A stretch of 64,000 nt of DNA from an uncultured Lachnospiraceae bacterium (GCA_964638675.1 CAZXAU010000005.1:69313-133312), one strand, 5' to 3'; counted from the stretch's first letter, positions 9,790 to 19,449 are shown. Notes: generated by a model not told the origin, from the letters alone. Numbers and translations are program-made.

Positions 9790-10836
9790 TTAGCTTTCGA
9801 TTCTGCATCCCGGGTAATAATGATAAAGTATTTCATCGTAAGAATATCCGTCATGAGCCATTTTCTTCGCACCCGATTGAGACATTCCGATTCCGTGTCC
9901 GTTTCCGTATGACGTGAAAACAATTCTCACTCCGCTTTGTGATACAGTAAACGAGGTGGAGGTCAATCCGAGTGCAAATCTGACACTGTTTCCCGAGTAT
10001 TTCTTTCCGAACAGATGGATATATTTCACACGTCCCGATTCTTCATGATTGACGATTTCCCCTATAATAGGGCTGAATACATCCAATTGCTCACGATCCA
10101 CCGAGAGTCTGTCCATCAGCTCCTCAAGCGAAAATGACACCTTGAATACGTTTGTATTTTCATTACTTTCGACGCTTACAAGATAGGGAATCTCCTTTCC
10201 GTATAGATCAGAATAGCTTTCTGTTCTTTCGTATGAGCTGTCATGAAACATAGCGTCGGCATATTCTCCGTTATATGACAAATATTCACCCTTACAGCTT
10301 TCGGCGATCTCACCGAGAATTTTCAGGATCATTTCTCCCTCATCGCCTTTATCGTTCAGAATATTTTCACGAGGTATGTACCCGAGACAGTGCGTATGAT
10401 CGTCACATACATCGGCAAGCGGATGTTTTTCGCATTTGTAGGTCGTTTTGTACAGGCAATAGCTTCTTATTGCCACCGCTTGTGCCTTCAACGCTTCAAT
10501 TGGTGAAAGATAAGACATTTCCGTGTACAGAGAGCAAACGGTGAATTCTTCAAGCGGTATATTTATATATTCATCCTTCTTTGTGAGATATACGCAGATC
10601 ATCGGGCTGTCTTCAATTTCGGAATGAGAGCATACAAATTTCCGGATATCGTTTTCATATAGCATTATATCGGTTTCTCCTGCACATGGCAGAAAGAGAG
10701 CAATTGCCGATATAACGCAGACCGTCGATATACAGATTCTTGCAAAAATGCGCAATATGAGCCGCTTTTTCCGATCATTCCGCTTTTTATTACGGTTTAT
10801 TTTATTTTCCGATATATTATTTATATCATTCATAGC
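9790..10836 (-). CDS. spoIID: stage II sporulation protein D (SpoIID/LytB domain)
   Basis: C-terminal GHGIGMSQSGAKKMA motif. Start moved to ATG 10836, 7 nt after AGGGAGG. Confidence 0.85.
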   Translation of the reverse strand, partial: AMNDINNISENKINRNKKRNDRKKRLILRIFARICISTVCVISAIALFLPCAGETDIMLYENDIRKFVCSHSEIEDSPMICVYLTKKDEYINIPLEEFTVCSLYTEMSYLSPIEALKAQAVAIRSYCLYKTTYKCEKHPLADVCDDHTHCLGYIPRENILNDKGDEGEMILKILGEIAESCKGEYLSYNGEYADAMFHDSSYERTESYSDLYGKEIPYLVSVESNENTNVFKVSFSLEELMDRLSVDREQLDVFSPIIGEIVNHEESGRVKYIHLFGKKYSGNSVRFALGLTSTSFTVSQSGVRIVFTSYGNGHGIGMSQSGAKKMAHDGYSYDEILYHYYPGCRIES

Positions 10837-11208
10837 ATGTCCTCCCTTTATTGGTAATACATGTATATTCATGCAATTGGTAAAATATTCCGGACATTTA
10901 AGAAAAAGAATAAAAAATATTTAAGATATTATGCATTTAATTTTCTCACTTCATTAATTATATGTTTAACAGATCTTCGGGTGAATGATGCATTAGAAAA
11001 AGCTTGATTAACGTATATAAATATATCATGCTTTTTTGTGTCAACCTTCATATAATCGTCACATTTGTGTTTAAAATAAAGAATAACAGATACACCGATC
11101 GGTGCATTGATTTATATATTATGCTTTGTGAATGTGAATAGGTTCGGGATATACTGAAAGTCCGGAAACAGTTTGCAAACAGCACAGCAGAGGAGAAAGG
11201 AAATTCTT

Positions 11209-12714
11209 ATGAAGTACGATGAATACGATGAAAATGAATCGTTGTCTGAATGCAGGTCAGACGGACAGGATGTTGATACTGATGATTACGGTGCGGATCA
11301 GAGTAATATCGAACGCATCGAACAGCCGTTGTTAAAAGAGGAATACTCGGGCGGCGGCGATATGTCTTCGGGGACTAAAATAAATAATAATACAAACAGT
11401 TACAGCTCATATTCCTATGATTATTCGCCTGAAGGTGAAAAGAAGAAAACAAAGCACAATAATGCGGCGTCCGTATTTGTGATATGTGCTGGCATTGTCG
11501 CAGTTCTGCTCTTGCTGAGTGCATTTGCGGGAATGGCAAACAATATAAATACAGGCTTTTTATCACCCCAAACATCGGAAAAGACCGAGCAGTCAACGAA
11601 TGCCGGTCAGGCCGAGAAGACAGGTGTTGTAATCTATAACGATAAAGACGAGTGGATAAACAGCGGATATCTCGTTTCGGATGATGCGATCGTAAATGCT
11701 ACCTATCACGTAATTGATTCGGTCGTTGCCATAACCACCGGAAATTATGTTTCACAGGGGGCGGGAAGCGGTGTAATTATTGCCGAAAAACAGGACAGCG
11801 ACGGCAATGCAATAAAGAGCTATATAATTACGAATAACCATGTTATAGACGGCGCATCGAGCATCAAGGTCACACTGTCAAACGGCGACACACATGATGC
11901 AAGACTTATCGGTACCGATCCGCAGACGGATATTGCGGTCGTTACGATAGACGCAGTCGGATTGACAAAGGCAACATTCGGGGACAGCTCATCGCTGAAG
12001 CTCGGTCAGAGCGTTATAGCGATAGGGAATCCTCTCGGCTCGCTGGCAGGTACGGTAACAAGCGGAATAATCAGCTCACTTGAGCGTGATATAACAATAG
12101 ACGGCGTCAATATGTCGCTCCTGCAAACGAGTGCGGCGATAAATCCCGGAAATTCGGGCGGCGGTCTTTTCAGCCTTGACGGAAAACTGATCGGTATTGT
12201 CAATGCGAAATCATCGGGAACGAATATAGAGGGCCTCGGGTTTGCAATTCCCGCAGATACCGCAAAACTCATAGCCGAGGATATAATTTCAAACGGCTAT
12301 GTTTCGGGAAGATGCATGATAGGTATAAACGGAACGATAGTTACGGCAGATAATTATTCTTCCTATCAGAATTCTGAGCTGTATACCGACTATATTTACA
12401 AATACTATAAAGCATATGGTTCGCTCCTGACCGGATTCTATGTAACCGATGATACAAATGTCAACTATGCTTCTGATACAGGCGAGACATTTAAATACGG
12501 TGATATAATTGCCGAAATAGGTTCAATTAAGGTGCAGGACAGCACGTCTATCACATCGGCACTTGCATCATTCAATGTGGGCGATACTGTTACAGTCAGA
12601 GTATACCGACTTGTGGAGGAAGAGGTCAGCAGCTTTTTCGGCGGGACACGCAAGCAGACGACTATAAAGAGTTTTGATGTAAGCGTTGTTCTTACAGAGT
12701 ATAAGGGAGAATAA
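11209..12714 (+). CDS. membrane-anchored S1C (HtrA/DegP-like) serine protease with PDZ-like C-terminus
   Basis: Catalytic motifs TNNHVIDG, DIAVV and GNSGGGLF. Start is ATG 11209 after GGAGAAAGG. Confidence 0.85.
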   Translation: MKYDEYDENESLSECRSDGQDVDTDDYGADQSNIERIEQPLLKEEYSGGGDMSSGTKINNNTNSYSSYSYDYSPEGEKKKTKHNNAASVFVICAGIVAVLLLLSAFAGMANNINTGFLSPQTSEKTEQSTNAGQAEKTGVVIYNDKDEWINSGYLVSDDAIVNATYHVIDSVVAITTGNYVSQGAGSGVIIAEKQDSDGNAIKSYIITNNHVIDGASSIKVTLSNGDTHDARLIGTDPQTDIAVVTIDAVGLTKATFGDSSSLKLGQSVIAIGNPLGSLAGTVTSGIISSLERDITIDGVNMSLLQTSAAINPGNSGGGLFSLDGKLIGIVNAKSSGTNIEGLGFAIPADTAKLIAEDIISNGYVSGRCMIGINGTIVTADNYSSYQNSELYTDYIYKYYKAYGSLLTGFYVTDDTNVNYASDTGETFKYGDIIAEIGSIKVQDSTSITSALASFNVGDTVTVRVYRLVEEEVSSFFGGTRKQTTIKSFDVSVVLTEYKGE

Positions 12715-12835
12715 AACAATCGAATAAAGCGAAGGGTAAAAGGCTTATACCAATAGCATGAATGAGACTTGTTATGTGTTAAAGCCTGTTTGCTCTTCGC
12801 AATTACCTATTATTTTTAATTACAACAGAGGTACT

Positions 12836-13528
12836 ATGAGCAGAATACTTATTGTAGATGACGAGAGCAACATACGGTCACTTGTCAGAAAATATGCACT
12901 GTTTGAAGGATATGAGGTTGCGGAGGCAAAGGATGGCATGGAAGCTGTCGAAATGTGCCGCAGAAACGATTATGATATTATCATAATGGATATAATGATG
13001 CCCGAGCTTGACGGATTTACAGCCAGCCGTGAGATAAAGAAGATGAAGGACGTTTCGATAATTCTTCTCTCTGCAAGGGGAGAGGAATATGACAGGATCA
13101 ACGGATTTGAAGCGGGAGCAGATGATTATGTGGTCAAGCCCTTCTCTCCGAAAGAGCTGATGCTCAGGGTTGCGGCAATACTCAGGAGGACAAAAAACGA
13201 GGACGCAGGAAAAAAGCATGGCAGTGAGGTCTACAGATTCAATTCGCTCGAGGTTGACATGACGGCGAGGATAGTCAGAATTGACGGAAAACGGATCGAA
13301 ATGTCACCGAAAGAATATGAGTTGCTTTTCTATATGATACGCAATAAGGGAATTGCTCTTTCACGTGAAAAGTTGATCTGCGATGTGTGGGGATATGATT
13401 ATTACGGAGATGACCGTACGCTTGACACGCACATAAAGCTTTTGAGGCGATCGCTCGGAGAATACGGAAATCTTGTTGTCACATTACGCGGAGTGGGGTA
13501 CCGTTTTGAAACAGACAGCAACCGATAA
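12836..13528 (+). CDS. OmpR-family response regulator
   Basis: ILIVDDE...DIIIMDIMMPELDG receiver domain plus winged-helix C-terminus (TLRGVGYRF). Confidence 0.9.
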   Translation: MSRILIVDDESNIRSLVRKYALFEGYEVAEAKDGMEAVEMCRRNDYDIIIMDIMMPELDGFTASREIKKMKDVSIILLSARGEEYDRINGFEAGADDYVVKPFSPKELMLRVAAILRRTKNEDAGKKHGSEVYRFNSLEVDMTARIVRIDGKRIEMSPKEYELLFYMIRNKGIALSREKLICDVWGYDYYGDDRTLDTHIKLLRRSLGEYGNLVVTLRGVGYRFETDSNR

Positions 13529-13541
13529 AAAAGACAACAAT

Positions 13542-15038
13542 ATGAAGAGAAATAAGTGTACGATGTCACTGCGTAGCAGAATAATCATGCATATGTTTAT
13601 TTTCGTGGCAATAATCATTGCAACCCTCTGGCTTATTCAGTCTGTTTTTCTTGATGATATATATATGCATATAAAGAAAAAGGATCTGTTTAAAACTGCC
13701 GATAGTGTGGTTTCGGCTTTGGATCGGGAGAATAATTCGGATATACTCAGACAGATCGCCTTCGATGAAAAAACATGTATATTTATTTATGACCTGAGCA
13801 ACAATGACGAGATAGCATCGATAGAAGGGCTTAGCGGCAGGTGCGATCTGCATAATATCGTATACAGAAAATCAATAAAATTCGGATTTGAGCTTGATAT
13901 CGACAGGGTGGAAGAAATTGCCGAAAAAACAGAGGCGATCGGAAGCAGTGTGCTTTTCAGCGTTGCCCCTGATGATAACCGCAATCAGCCCGGCTTTAGG
14001 GACGACAATGGTAAAAACAGCGTTATACTGTCGAATATCATTTATACAAAGAGCGGCAATAAGCTCCTTGTGGTACTCAATTCGGTAATTTCGCCGCTTG
14101 CATCAACGGTTGAAACGCTCAATACAATGCTGTTGCATATATCGTGGATATTGCTTTTGCTGGCACTTGTTTTTTCGGTCGTTATATCTCAGATAGTGTC
14201 AAGACCGATAAGCGATATATCCTCATCGGCAAAAAAACTTGCAAAAGGAGATTATAAAACAGTTTTTGAGGGAAAAGGCTTCCGTGAGGTAGAGGAGCTT
14301 GCCGGCACACTCAATTATGCATCTACAGAGCTTTCAAAGGTTGATAAACTGAAAAATGATCTTATTGCCAACATTTCGCATGATCTGCGTACTCCGATCA
14401 CACTGATTTCTGGATACGCCGAAATGATGAGAGATATTCCCGATGAGATGAGTGCCGAAAATCTTCAGATAATTATAGATGAATCTGTCAGAATGAAAGG
14501 ACTTGTCAATGATGTGCTTGATATATCAAAGTTGCAATCGGGCAATGTCGAATTTGAATATGAAAAAGTTGCACTGACAAACTGTATCGAGAGTGAGCTG
14601 ACAAGATATAATAAGCTTCGTGAGAAAGAAGGGTACCGGATAGATTTCCGGTACGACCGACCTGTTCATGTCATGGGCGATGCAAAACGGCTTATGCAGG
14701 TGTTGTATAATCTTGTTAATAATGCAGTAACGTATACGGGAAACGATAAAACTGTAAGTGTCATTCAAAGTACATCAAAGGACAGTGTCAGAATATCGGT
14801 AGTTGATTCCGGAGAGGGAATTGAACAGGAAAATATGCCTTATATATGGGACAGATACTTTAAGGTCGATAAATCGCATAAGCGTGTGGGCGAGGGTTCG
14901 GGTCTCGGATTGTCTATAGTGAAAACCGTAATCGAAGCTCACAAGGGAAAATGCGGTGTCGAAAGCGCCAAAGGATTCGGAAGTACCTTCTGGTTTGAGC
15001 TCAGACTTGCCGAGGATGAAATAACCAATCAGACTTGA
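13542..15038 (+). CDS. sensor histidine kinase (HAMP-HisKA-HATPase)
   Basis: H-box NISHDLRTP, N-box LVNNAVTYT and G-boxes DSGEGI/GSGLGLSIV. Two TM segments. Confidence 0.85.
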   Translation: MKRNKCTMSLRSRIIMHMFIFVAIIIATLWLIQSVFLDDIYMHIKKKDLFKTADSVVSALDRENNSDILRQIAFDEKTCIFIYDLSNNDEIASIEGLSGRCDLHNIVYRKSIKFGFELDIDRVEEIAEKTEAIGSSVLFSVAPDDNRNQPGFRDDNGKNSVILSNIIYTKSGNKLLVVLNSVISPLASTVETLNTMLLHISWILLLLALVFSVVISQIVSRPISDISSSAKKLAKGDYKTVFEGKGFREVEELAGTLNYASTELSKVDKLKNDLIANISHDLRTPITLISGYAEMMRDIPDEMSAENLQIIIDESVRMKGLVNDVLDISKLQSGNVEFEYEKVALTNCIESELTRYNKLREKEGYRIDFRYDRPVHVMGDAKRLMQVLYNLVNNAVTYTGNDKTVSVIQSTSKDSVRISVVDSGEGIEQENMPYIWDRYFKVDKSHKRVGEGSGLGLSIVKTVIEAHKGKCGVESAKGFGSTFWFELRLAEDEITNQT

Positions 15039-15100
15039 GAACCGATTACTAATCGGACAGTACGTTTCATTCATAACAAATTTGATAAACAAATCATATA

Positions 15101-15128
15101 GGGGAAGCTTAAAGAAAAAAGCTTCCCC
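15101..15128 (+). terminator. intrinsic terminator after the histidine kinase gene
   Basis: GGGGAAGC-N12-GCTTCCCC followed by ATTTGAT. Confidence 0.6.
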
Positions 15129-15304
15129 ATTTGATATATAATTACAGTATAAGATATTCTGATAAATTAAGATATTAAAAGCCTTTTTTTCAACATATAA
15201 TTTCTTTGTAAATAAAATAAAATTTTTTTGAAAAAAGTATTGACTAATGATTTTTTTTGTGATATAATCACAAGGTAACTTAAAGATGCGCTAAAGAAAT
15301 AAAT

Positions 15305-15380
15305 CTGGGTGTGGCGCAGTTGGGAGCGCGCTACCTTGGGGTGGTAGAGGCCGCTGGTTCAAGTCCAGTCACTCAGACCA
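15305..15380 (+). tRNA. tRNA-Pro (anticodon GGG), CCA encoded
   Basis: A hand-folded cloverleaf fits: acceptor CTGGGTG/CACTCAG, D stem GCGC/GCGC, anticodon stem CTACC/GGTAG with loop TTGGGGT, T stem GCTGG/CCAGT with loop TTCAAGT. A TTGACT-17-TATAAT promoter lies at 15240-15268. Confidence 0.9.
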
Positions 15381-15381
15381 A

Positions 15382-15415
15382 AATCGGAGGTTTTTAAAAA
15401 CCTCCGATTTTCTTT
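15382..15415 (+). terminator. terminator after tRNA-Pro
   Basis: AATCGGAGG-N10-CCTCCGATT followed by TTCTTTT. Confidence 0.7.
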
Positions 15416-15503
15416 TATTTTCTCGCAAAAACTCGTTTTTCGCGTTTGACAGTGCCCTTCCATTTCGTCCTTAAAATCGATCATTTTTGCTATATTTTCA
15501 GCC

Positions 15504-15541
15504 TTTGACCACATGTTTGACCACAATTCGTGACCACATGT
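15504..15541 (+). repeat. three direct 9-10-bp repeats (T)TTGACCACA at 12-14-bp spacing
   Basis: TTTGACCACATGTTTGACCACAATTCGTGACCACATG, about 125 nt downstream of the tRNA. Confidence 0.6.
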
Positions 15542-15623
15542 GAAAAAAAGCAGTAAATAATCAGGCTTCGGAAAGAGTTTTTTTCATCTCTTCGAAGCCT
15601 TTTCGCATATCACTTTTTGAACC

Positions 15624-15791
15624 TTAGTTGCTCCATATGACGATCTTTCTGCCGATCTCGTCGCATTTGGCGATGATTCTTTTTAGCTCAAGAATCATCT
15701 CGATCATCAGCTCCTTCTCGCTCATGTTCATAAAGCGTGCTCTTTCGGATTCAAGATCGTTCTCAGATTTTCTCTTCATCGAATTAAACAT
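15624..15791 (-). CDS. 55-aa hypothetical helical protein (below the ORF-track cutoff)
   Basis: Own translation: MFNSMKRKSENDLESERARFMNMSEKELMIEMILELKRIIAKCDEIGRKIVIWSN. It is the last gene of the HNH mini-operon and is followed by hairpin GGCTTCG..CGAAGCC (15573-15612). Confidence 0.4.
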   Translation of the reverse strand: MFNSMKRKSENDLESERARFMNMSEKELMIEMILELKRIIAKCDEIGRKIVIWSN

Positions 15792-15799
15792 ACTATCAC

Positions 15800-15982
15800 T
15801 CAATTCTTTCTGCCGCTATCACGGTTGCTGCGATATTCTTCGTTGTTCGGATTGCATTGATTGGAATGATTATCATGATTGGCATGATAAGCGCTGTTAT
15901 TTGGATTGTTCTGATTTGCGTAATTGTCAAGTTGAGCTTTGCTATGTGTATGTCCCGATACACCGTGTCCGCCTTTTCCCAT
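15800..15982 (-). CDS. 60-aa His/Asn-rich protein with duplicated DN(Y/H)(A/S)NQxNPNNxxY motif
   Basis: Listed ORF. Internal repeats are LDNYANQNNPNNSAY and HDNHSNQCNPNNEEY. Starts 14 nt after the HNH gene stop. Confidence 0.5.
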   Translation of the reverse strand: MGKGGHGVSGHTHSKAQLDNYANQNNPNNSAYHANHDNHSNQCNPNNEEYRSNRDSGRKN

Positions 15983-15995
15983 GGTATTTACCTCC

Positions 15996-16307
15996 TTAAA
16001 GTTTTACGATTTCATATTCTGATCTGCTTCCTTTGACTCGTTCAGCCCGAAAGCGTTTCCCATTTGCTTTCCAGTGAGGGAAGCTATCCGCTTTTTCCTC
16101 GTTGGTATCACGATGGCAAATTTCGATGTTTCCGAGAATATCAGCTCCTCCCACAGAAAGCGGTCTGATGTGGTCAAGTGTCGGATGATAGGCACTGTTC
16201 GGATCACCACAGGCTGACTTTTTCATCAAACGTCCTGCGTAATCGTATGCCTCTTGCTTTGATCCGTATACTTGATTCCAAACATCAATTGTTCTGTACT
16301 TTGACAT
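15996..16307 (-). CDS. small HNH-family nuclease
   Basis: HPTLDHIRPLSVGG...NIEICHRDTNEEK matches the H-N-H beta-beta-alpha-metal motif. RBS is AAGGAGG. Confidence 0.7.
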   Translation of the reverse strand: MSKYRTIDVWNQVYGSKQEAYDYAGRLMKKSACGDPNSAYHPTLDHIRPLSVGGADILGNIEICHRDTNEEKADSFPHWKANGKRFRAERVKGSRSEYEIVKL

Positions 16308-16424
16308 TTTGAGTACCTCCTTTTTATAATGTCGACTATATTATCGCATATTTGAGAGCATTGTGCTATGAACCAACGGTTCAAAAAAGCAGGAGCACCT
16401 CTCGTTGAGAAGTACTCCCGCTTT

Positions 16425-16625
16425 TCATAGACTTTTTGAAATCTCTTGAATTCTCATAAGTCTGCTTGATTTTGGCGTTCTTTGTCCTGAGCAATAATAT
16501 GCTATCATTCGGGGCGTAACATCTAATAGTTCTGCCCACTTCTCCTGCGAGATACCTGATTTGTCTACTATGCTTCGGATGTAATTCGCCATTTGGTAAT
16601 CGATAGTTCGATTTTCTTTTTTCAT
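16425..16625 (-). CDS. XRE-type HTH protein (66 aa)
   Basis: SQEKWAELLDVTPRMIAYYCSGQRTP helix-turn-helix. Start moved to ATG 16625 after AAGGAGG. It has its own TTGACT-17-TATAAT promoter (16687-16715). Confidence 0.7.
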   Translation of the reverse strand: MKKENRTIDYQMANYIRSIVDKSGISQEKWAELLDVTPRMIAYYCSGQRTPKSSRLMRIQEISKSL

Positions 16626-16721
16626 ATTTGCAAACCTCCTTTGCATAGACAACGCAGTGCGCCAAAGGTCACAAATACTATAACACATTATATCATTTTT
16701 CACATTTTAAGTCAATACTAT

Positions 16722-17906
16722 TTACAAAAATAAATTGTAACCGTATCTATTTTCTATTTCCTTGTATAGTTTTGTGTAGTTAACTCGTGGTGTATATGGA
16801 TATGAATTCAATAGTTTATATCTTATGATACTATTTACGGCTTTATCCAAAGAAGCAAAGCCAAGATAGGTGTCAATCCTATCCATAAATAGTGAGTTAC
16901 AATATTGCACTTCGCTATCCGTTAATACTTTTACATCGTAAATGTACCGATCATTCTCATGATATTGATGTCCCGTTTCTATTGTTTGAGGTAACTGGTA
17001 ATAATTTCGATTTGGTTCAAACAACTTCGGATTTGGGATTTTTGTTAGATCATCTAATTTGGGCACAGCAATTCTGAAATTTGAATACTTGTCCTTCAAT
17101 TTAAAAAAAGGAGAAATTAAAACGATCATTCGCTTAGAAGAGATTGGAAACATCATGAAATTTTCGCTAAAATTGCCTTGAGCAATACAGTCAGAATATA
17201 TTTGCTCAAGTATATTTTTGGGGAAATTCGCTTGTTTTGCCATCATTAGAACGTCTGTAATGAAGCCTGTTTTCTTCATGTTGTGAACATACACCCCATC
17301 CCATCCATTTTCATTTTCAGAGGTCATGCCAATATCAGTAATGACAAACTCATCGCAATTATTTGAAGTATCCCAAAATCCTACATACGCACCATTTATC
17401 ACAATCGCCCATCGGTACGCCGGATATGTCTTATCGGGATGTTCCAGTATTTCTTTGGGAGTTCCATCTGTGTCTAAAATCACGTTCAATGTTCGCATCC
17501 AATAGTCAAACGCTGTTTCTCCGTCAATCTGCTTTTCTTCAAATGGCAAATTAAATATTTTATGGAGTTTCTTTTCCTTTTGCAAAAATATTTTGCTTTG
17601 CATTGATCGCAAAACAGAAATAAGCAAAAACTTTTTGATTAGTAATAGCTGAGGTCTTGTTAAACTAATTTCTTTATCTGCTTTCAAAAGTACATTTGAT
17701 AATAAATTTCCAAACTGCGATTCAATTTTTACATTTAGTTTATTTTCAGTGTCTCTGTCATATAAATCATCTACCGCAAATGCGTGTTCCGGTACAATGT
17801 TTTCTTGAAATTCTCCCGTCTTTACATTGTACAAGCATAGCTTATCGCTAAACTTTCTTAAAACAAGTCTTGGCACATAATGGCTTGAAATACTTCCTTT
17901 TGACAT
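16722..17906 (-). CDS. DUF4238-like protein of unknown function
   Basis: The N-terminal HYVPRLVLRKF motif is what I recall for Pfam DUF4238. The gene is visibly AT-richer than its surroundings. RBS is AAAGGAG. Confidence 0.65.
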   Translation of the reverse strand: MSKGSISSHYVPRLVLRKFSDKLCLYNVKTGEFQENIVPEHAFAVDDLYDRDTENKLNVKIESQFGNLLSNVLLKADKEISLTRPQLLLIKKFLLISVLRSMQSKIFLQKEKKLHKIFNLPFEEKQIDGETAFDYWMRTLNVILDTDGTPKEILEHPDKTYPAYRWAIVINGAYVGFWDTSNNCDEFVITDIGMTSENENGWDGVYVHNMKKTGFITDVLMMAKQANFPKNILEQIYSDCIAQGNFSENFMMFPISSKRMIVLISPFFKLKDKYSNFRIAVPKLDDLTKIPNPKLFEPNRNYYQLPQTIETGHQYHENDRYIYDVKVLTDSEVQYCNSLFMDRIDTYLGFASLDKAVNSIIRYKLLNSYPYTPRVNYTKLYKEIENRYGYNLFL

Positions 17907-17964
17907 GTCAGGGATCTCCTTTCGATTTAATTTAAAACCTTTGCTCTGATAAACACTTTTTTAA

Positions 17965-18618
17965 TTACAGGCTTTCAGGATTTTCGAGCAGATCCTCTAT
18001 ACTGCAACCAAGTGTTCTTGCGAGCTTATACAAGGTTTGTGCCTGCGCTTTGTCTATATCGTTGACCTTTTGCTCGTATAACTGAATGGAGCGGATTGCC
18101 ACCCCCGAAGCCTTGGCAAGTTCGGATTGCGACAAGCCGCGACTTTCTCTGATCTTGCGGAGTTTTGTGTCTGTGATCACCTCATTATATCGGCGTTCCA
18201 TAGATTCGCAGAAACGGCTGATATCCATTTCATGAAATGTCGGATACATGGAAATGATCTGCGTCAGCGGAATACGGTTGAATATATCCTTGAAGCGTTT
18301 TGCGTTTTCCCATTGATACTGTGCAAGCGCCCAACCTGCCCAATATTCGGGTGAGCGTTCTTCCGAAAACACGGGCTTCGGGAATTTTTCGTCAGGATAT
18401 ACGCTGTGTAGAATATCTATTGCCATTTCTTCACCTGACTTGCCCGATATTACCGCAGGATTGCCACGCTCAAATTGTTCGGCAACTCCCGACTGTACAA
18501 ACAGCTTTGCAAACCAATCCGGTTTCTGTCCGCAGACATTTATCGCATAGTCAAATGCATTCGCCAAGTTCTTTATGGCGTCATTCAGATATAATTCGCT
18601 GTATGCGCGGATCGTCAT
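17965..18618 (-). CDS. DUF3791-like N-domain fused to a C-terminal XRE HTH (putative antitoxin/regulator)
   Basis: C-terminus LRKIRESRGLSQSELAKASGVAIRSIQLYEQ. The start overlaps the upstream gene by 38 nt. RBS is GAGAGGAG. Confidence 0.7.
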   Translation of the reverse strand: MTIRAYSELYLNDAIKNLANAFDYAINVCGQKPDWFAKLFVQSGVAEQFERGNPAVISGKSGEEMAIDILHSVYPDEKFPKPVFSEERSPEYWAGWALAQYQWENAKRFKDIFNRIPLTQIISMYPTFHEMDISRFCESMERRYNEVITDTKLRKIRESRGLSQSELAKASGVAIRSIQLYEQKVNDIDKAQAQTLYKLARTLGCSIEDLLENPESL

Positions 18619-19279
18619 TTTGGATCTCCTCTCTCAATATATCCATAACAAAGATATCGTCAAGATATGTGCGGCTCTTTTTTATCTCGTCTTTGTATGT
18701 CTGTCTTGCAGTGGTATCACGGTCAAGAAACTTCGGATAGTATATTTCCTTTTCTACAGGCTCTGCGGATAAAAATTCAATCTGATCAAATGCTTTTTCG
18801 GATATCAGTACGACCTGTGCACCGAGTTTGCCAAGTCGGAGTGCTTTGTCAAGGCTTCGCAGAGGAAGTGCGTTGCTTACAAATGACTGTGCATAGGAAA
18901 AGTAAGAGTCATCGGCACGATATCCGATAACCACATCGTATCCTGTAGTATCTACCGAATAGTGATCTATCATATATTCTCTTGCATCTATTGCAATTTC
19001 CTCTTGCAGAGAGAATATACGATTTTGCAGAAGGAGGGCAATCCAGTTCAGCACGCTATGGTTGCCGTCGAGCAAATTAAGAATTTTCAGACCGTCCGTG
19101 TTTAAGCTATACCTGTTAACGAAACCGTCTTTGTTCTCTTTGCATGCCCATTCTTTTGCCATCTCCGGTATCTCAGTACAATAGAACCCTTTTCCGTAAT
19201 CGTTATGTTCTTTGCCGAGTGCGAGCTGCGGTTTCTTTATAATATGATCTGTTCCGTGAAGGATAGTAATCTCAGGCAT
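18581..19279 (-). CDS. DUF3990-like protein (possible ADP-ribosyltransferase-fold toxin)
   Basis: ILHGT..DYGKGFYCT..AKEWA at the N-terminus (H-G-T / Y-x-T pattern). Confidence 0.65.
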   Translation of the reverse strand: MPEITILHGTDHIIKKPQLALGKEHNDYGKGFYCTEIPEMAKEWACKENKDGFVNRYSLNTDGLKILNLLDGNHSVLNWIALLLQNRIFSLQEEIAIDAREYMIDHYSVDTTGYDVVIGYRADDSYFSYAQSFVSNALPLRSLDKALRLGKLGAQVVLISEKAFDQIEFLSAEPVEKEIYYPKFLDRDTTARQTYKDEIKKSRTYLDDIFVMDILREEIQNDDPRIQRIISE

Positions 19280-19297
19280 ATAAACAGTCTCCTTTTC

Positions 19298-19349
19298 TAT
19301 CGCTGTAACAATACAATTATATTATATCATTACAACGATAGTTTGTCAA
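19298..19349 (-). promoter_or_regulatory. consensus sigma-A promoter with palindromic operator
   Basis: On the minus strand: TTGACA (19349-19344), 17 nt, TATAAT (19326-19321). The 12-bp inverted repeat CTATCG(T/C)TGTAA brackets the -10 box (19298-19309 / 19330-19341). Confidence 0.6.
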
Positions 19350-19449
19350 GCAATGAGACAAATATTCTAATAGATTTTTGAAAGAAAAGTGATATGCGGA
19401 TCTTTTGTCCACATGCCACTTTTTCTTTGCCTACTGCACCTCAGATTTT

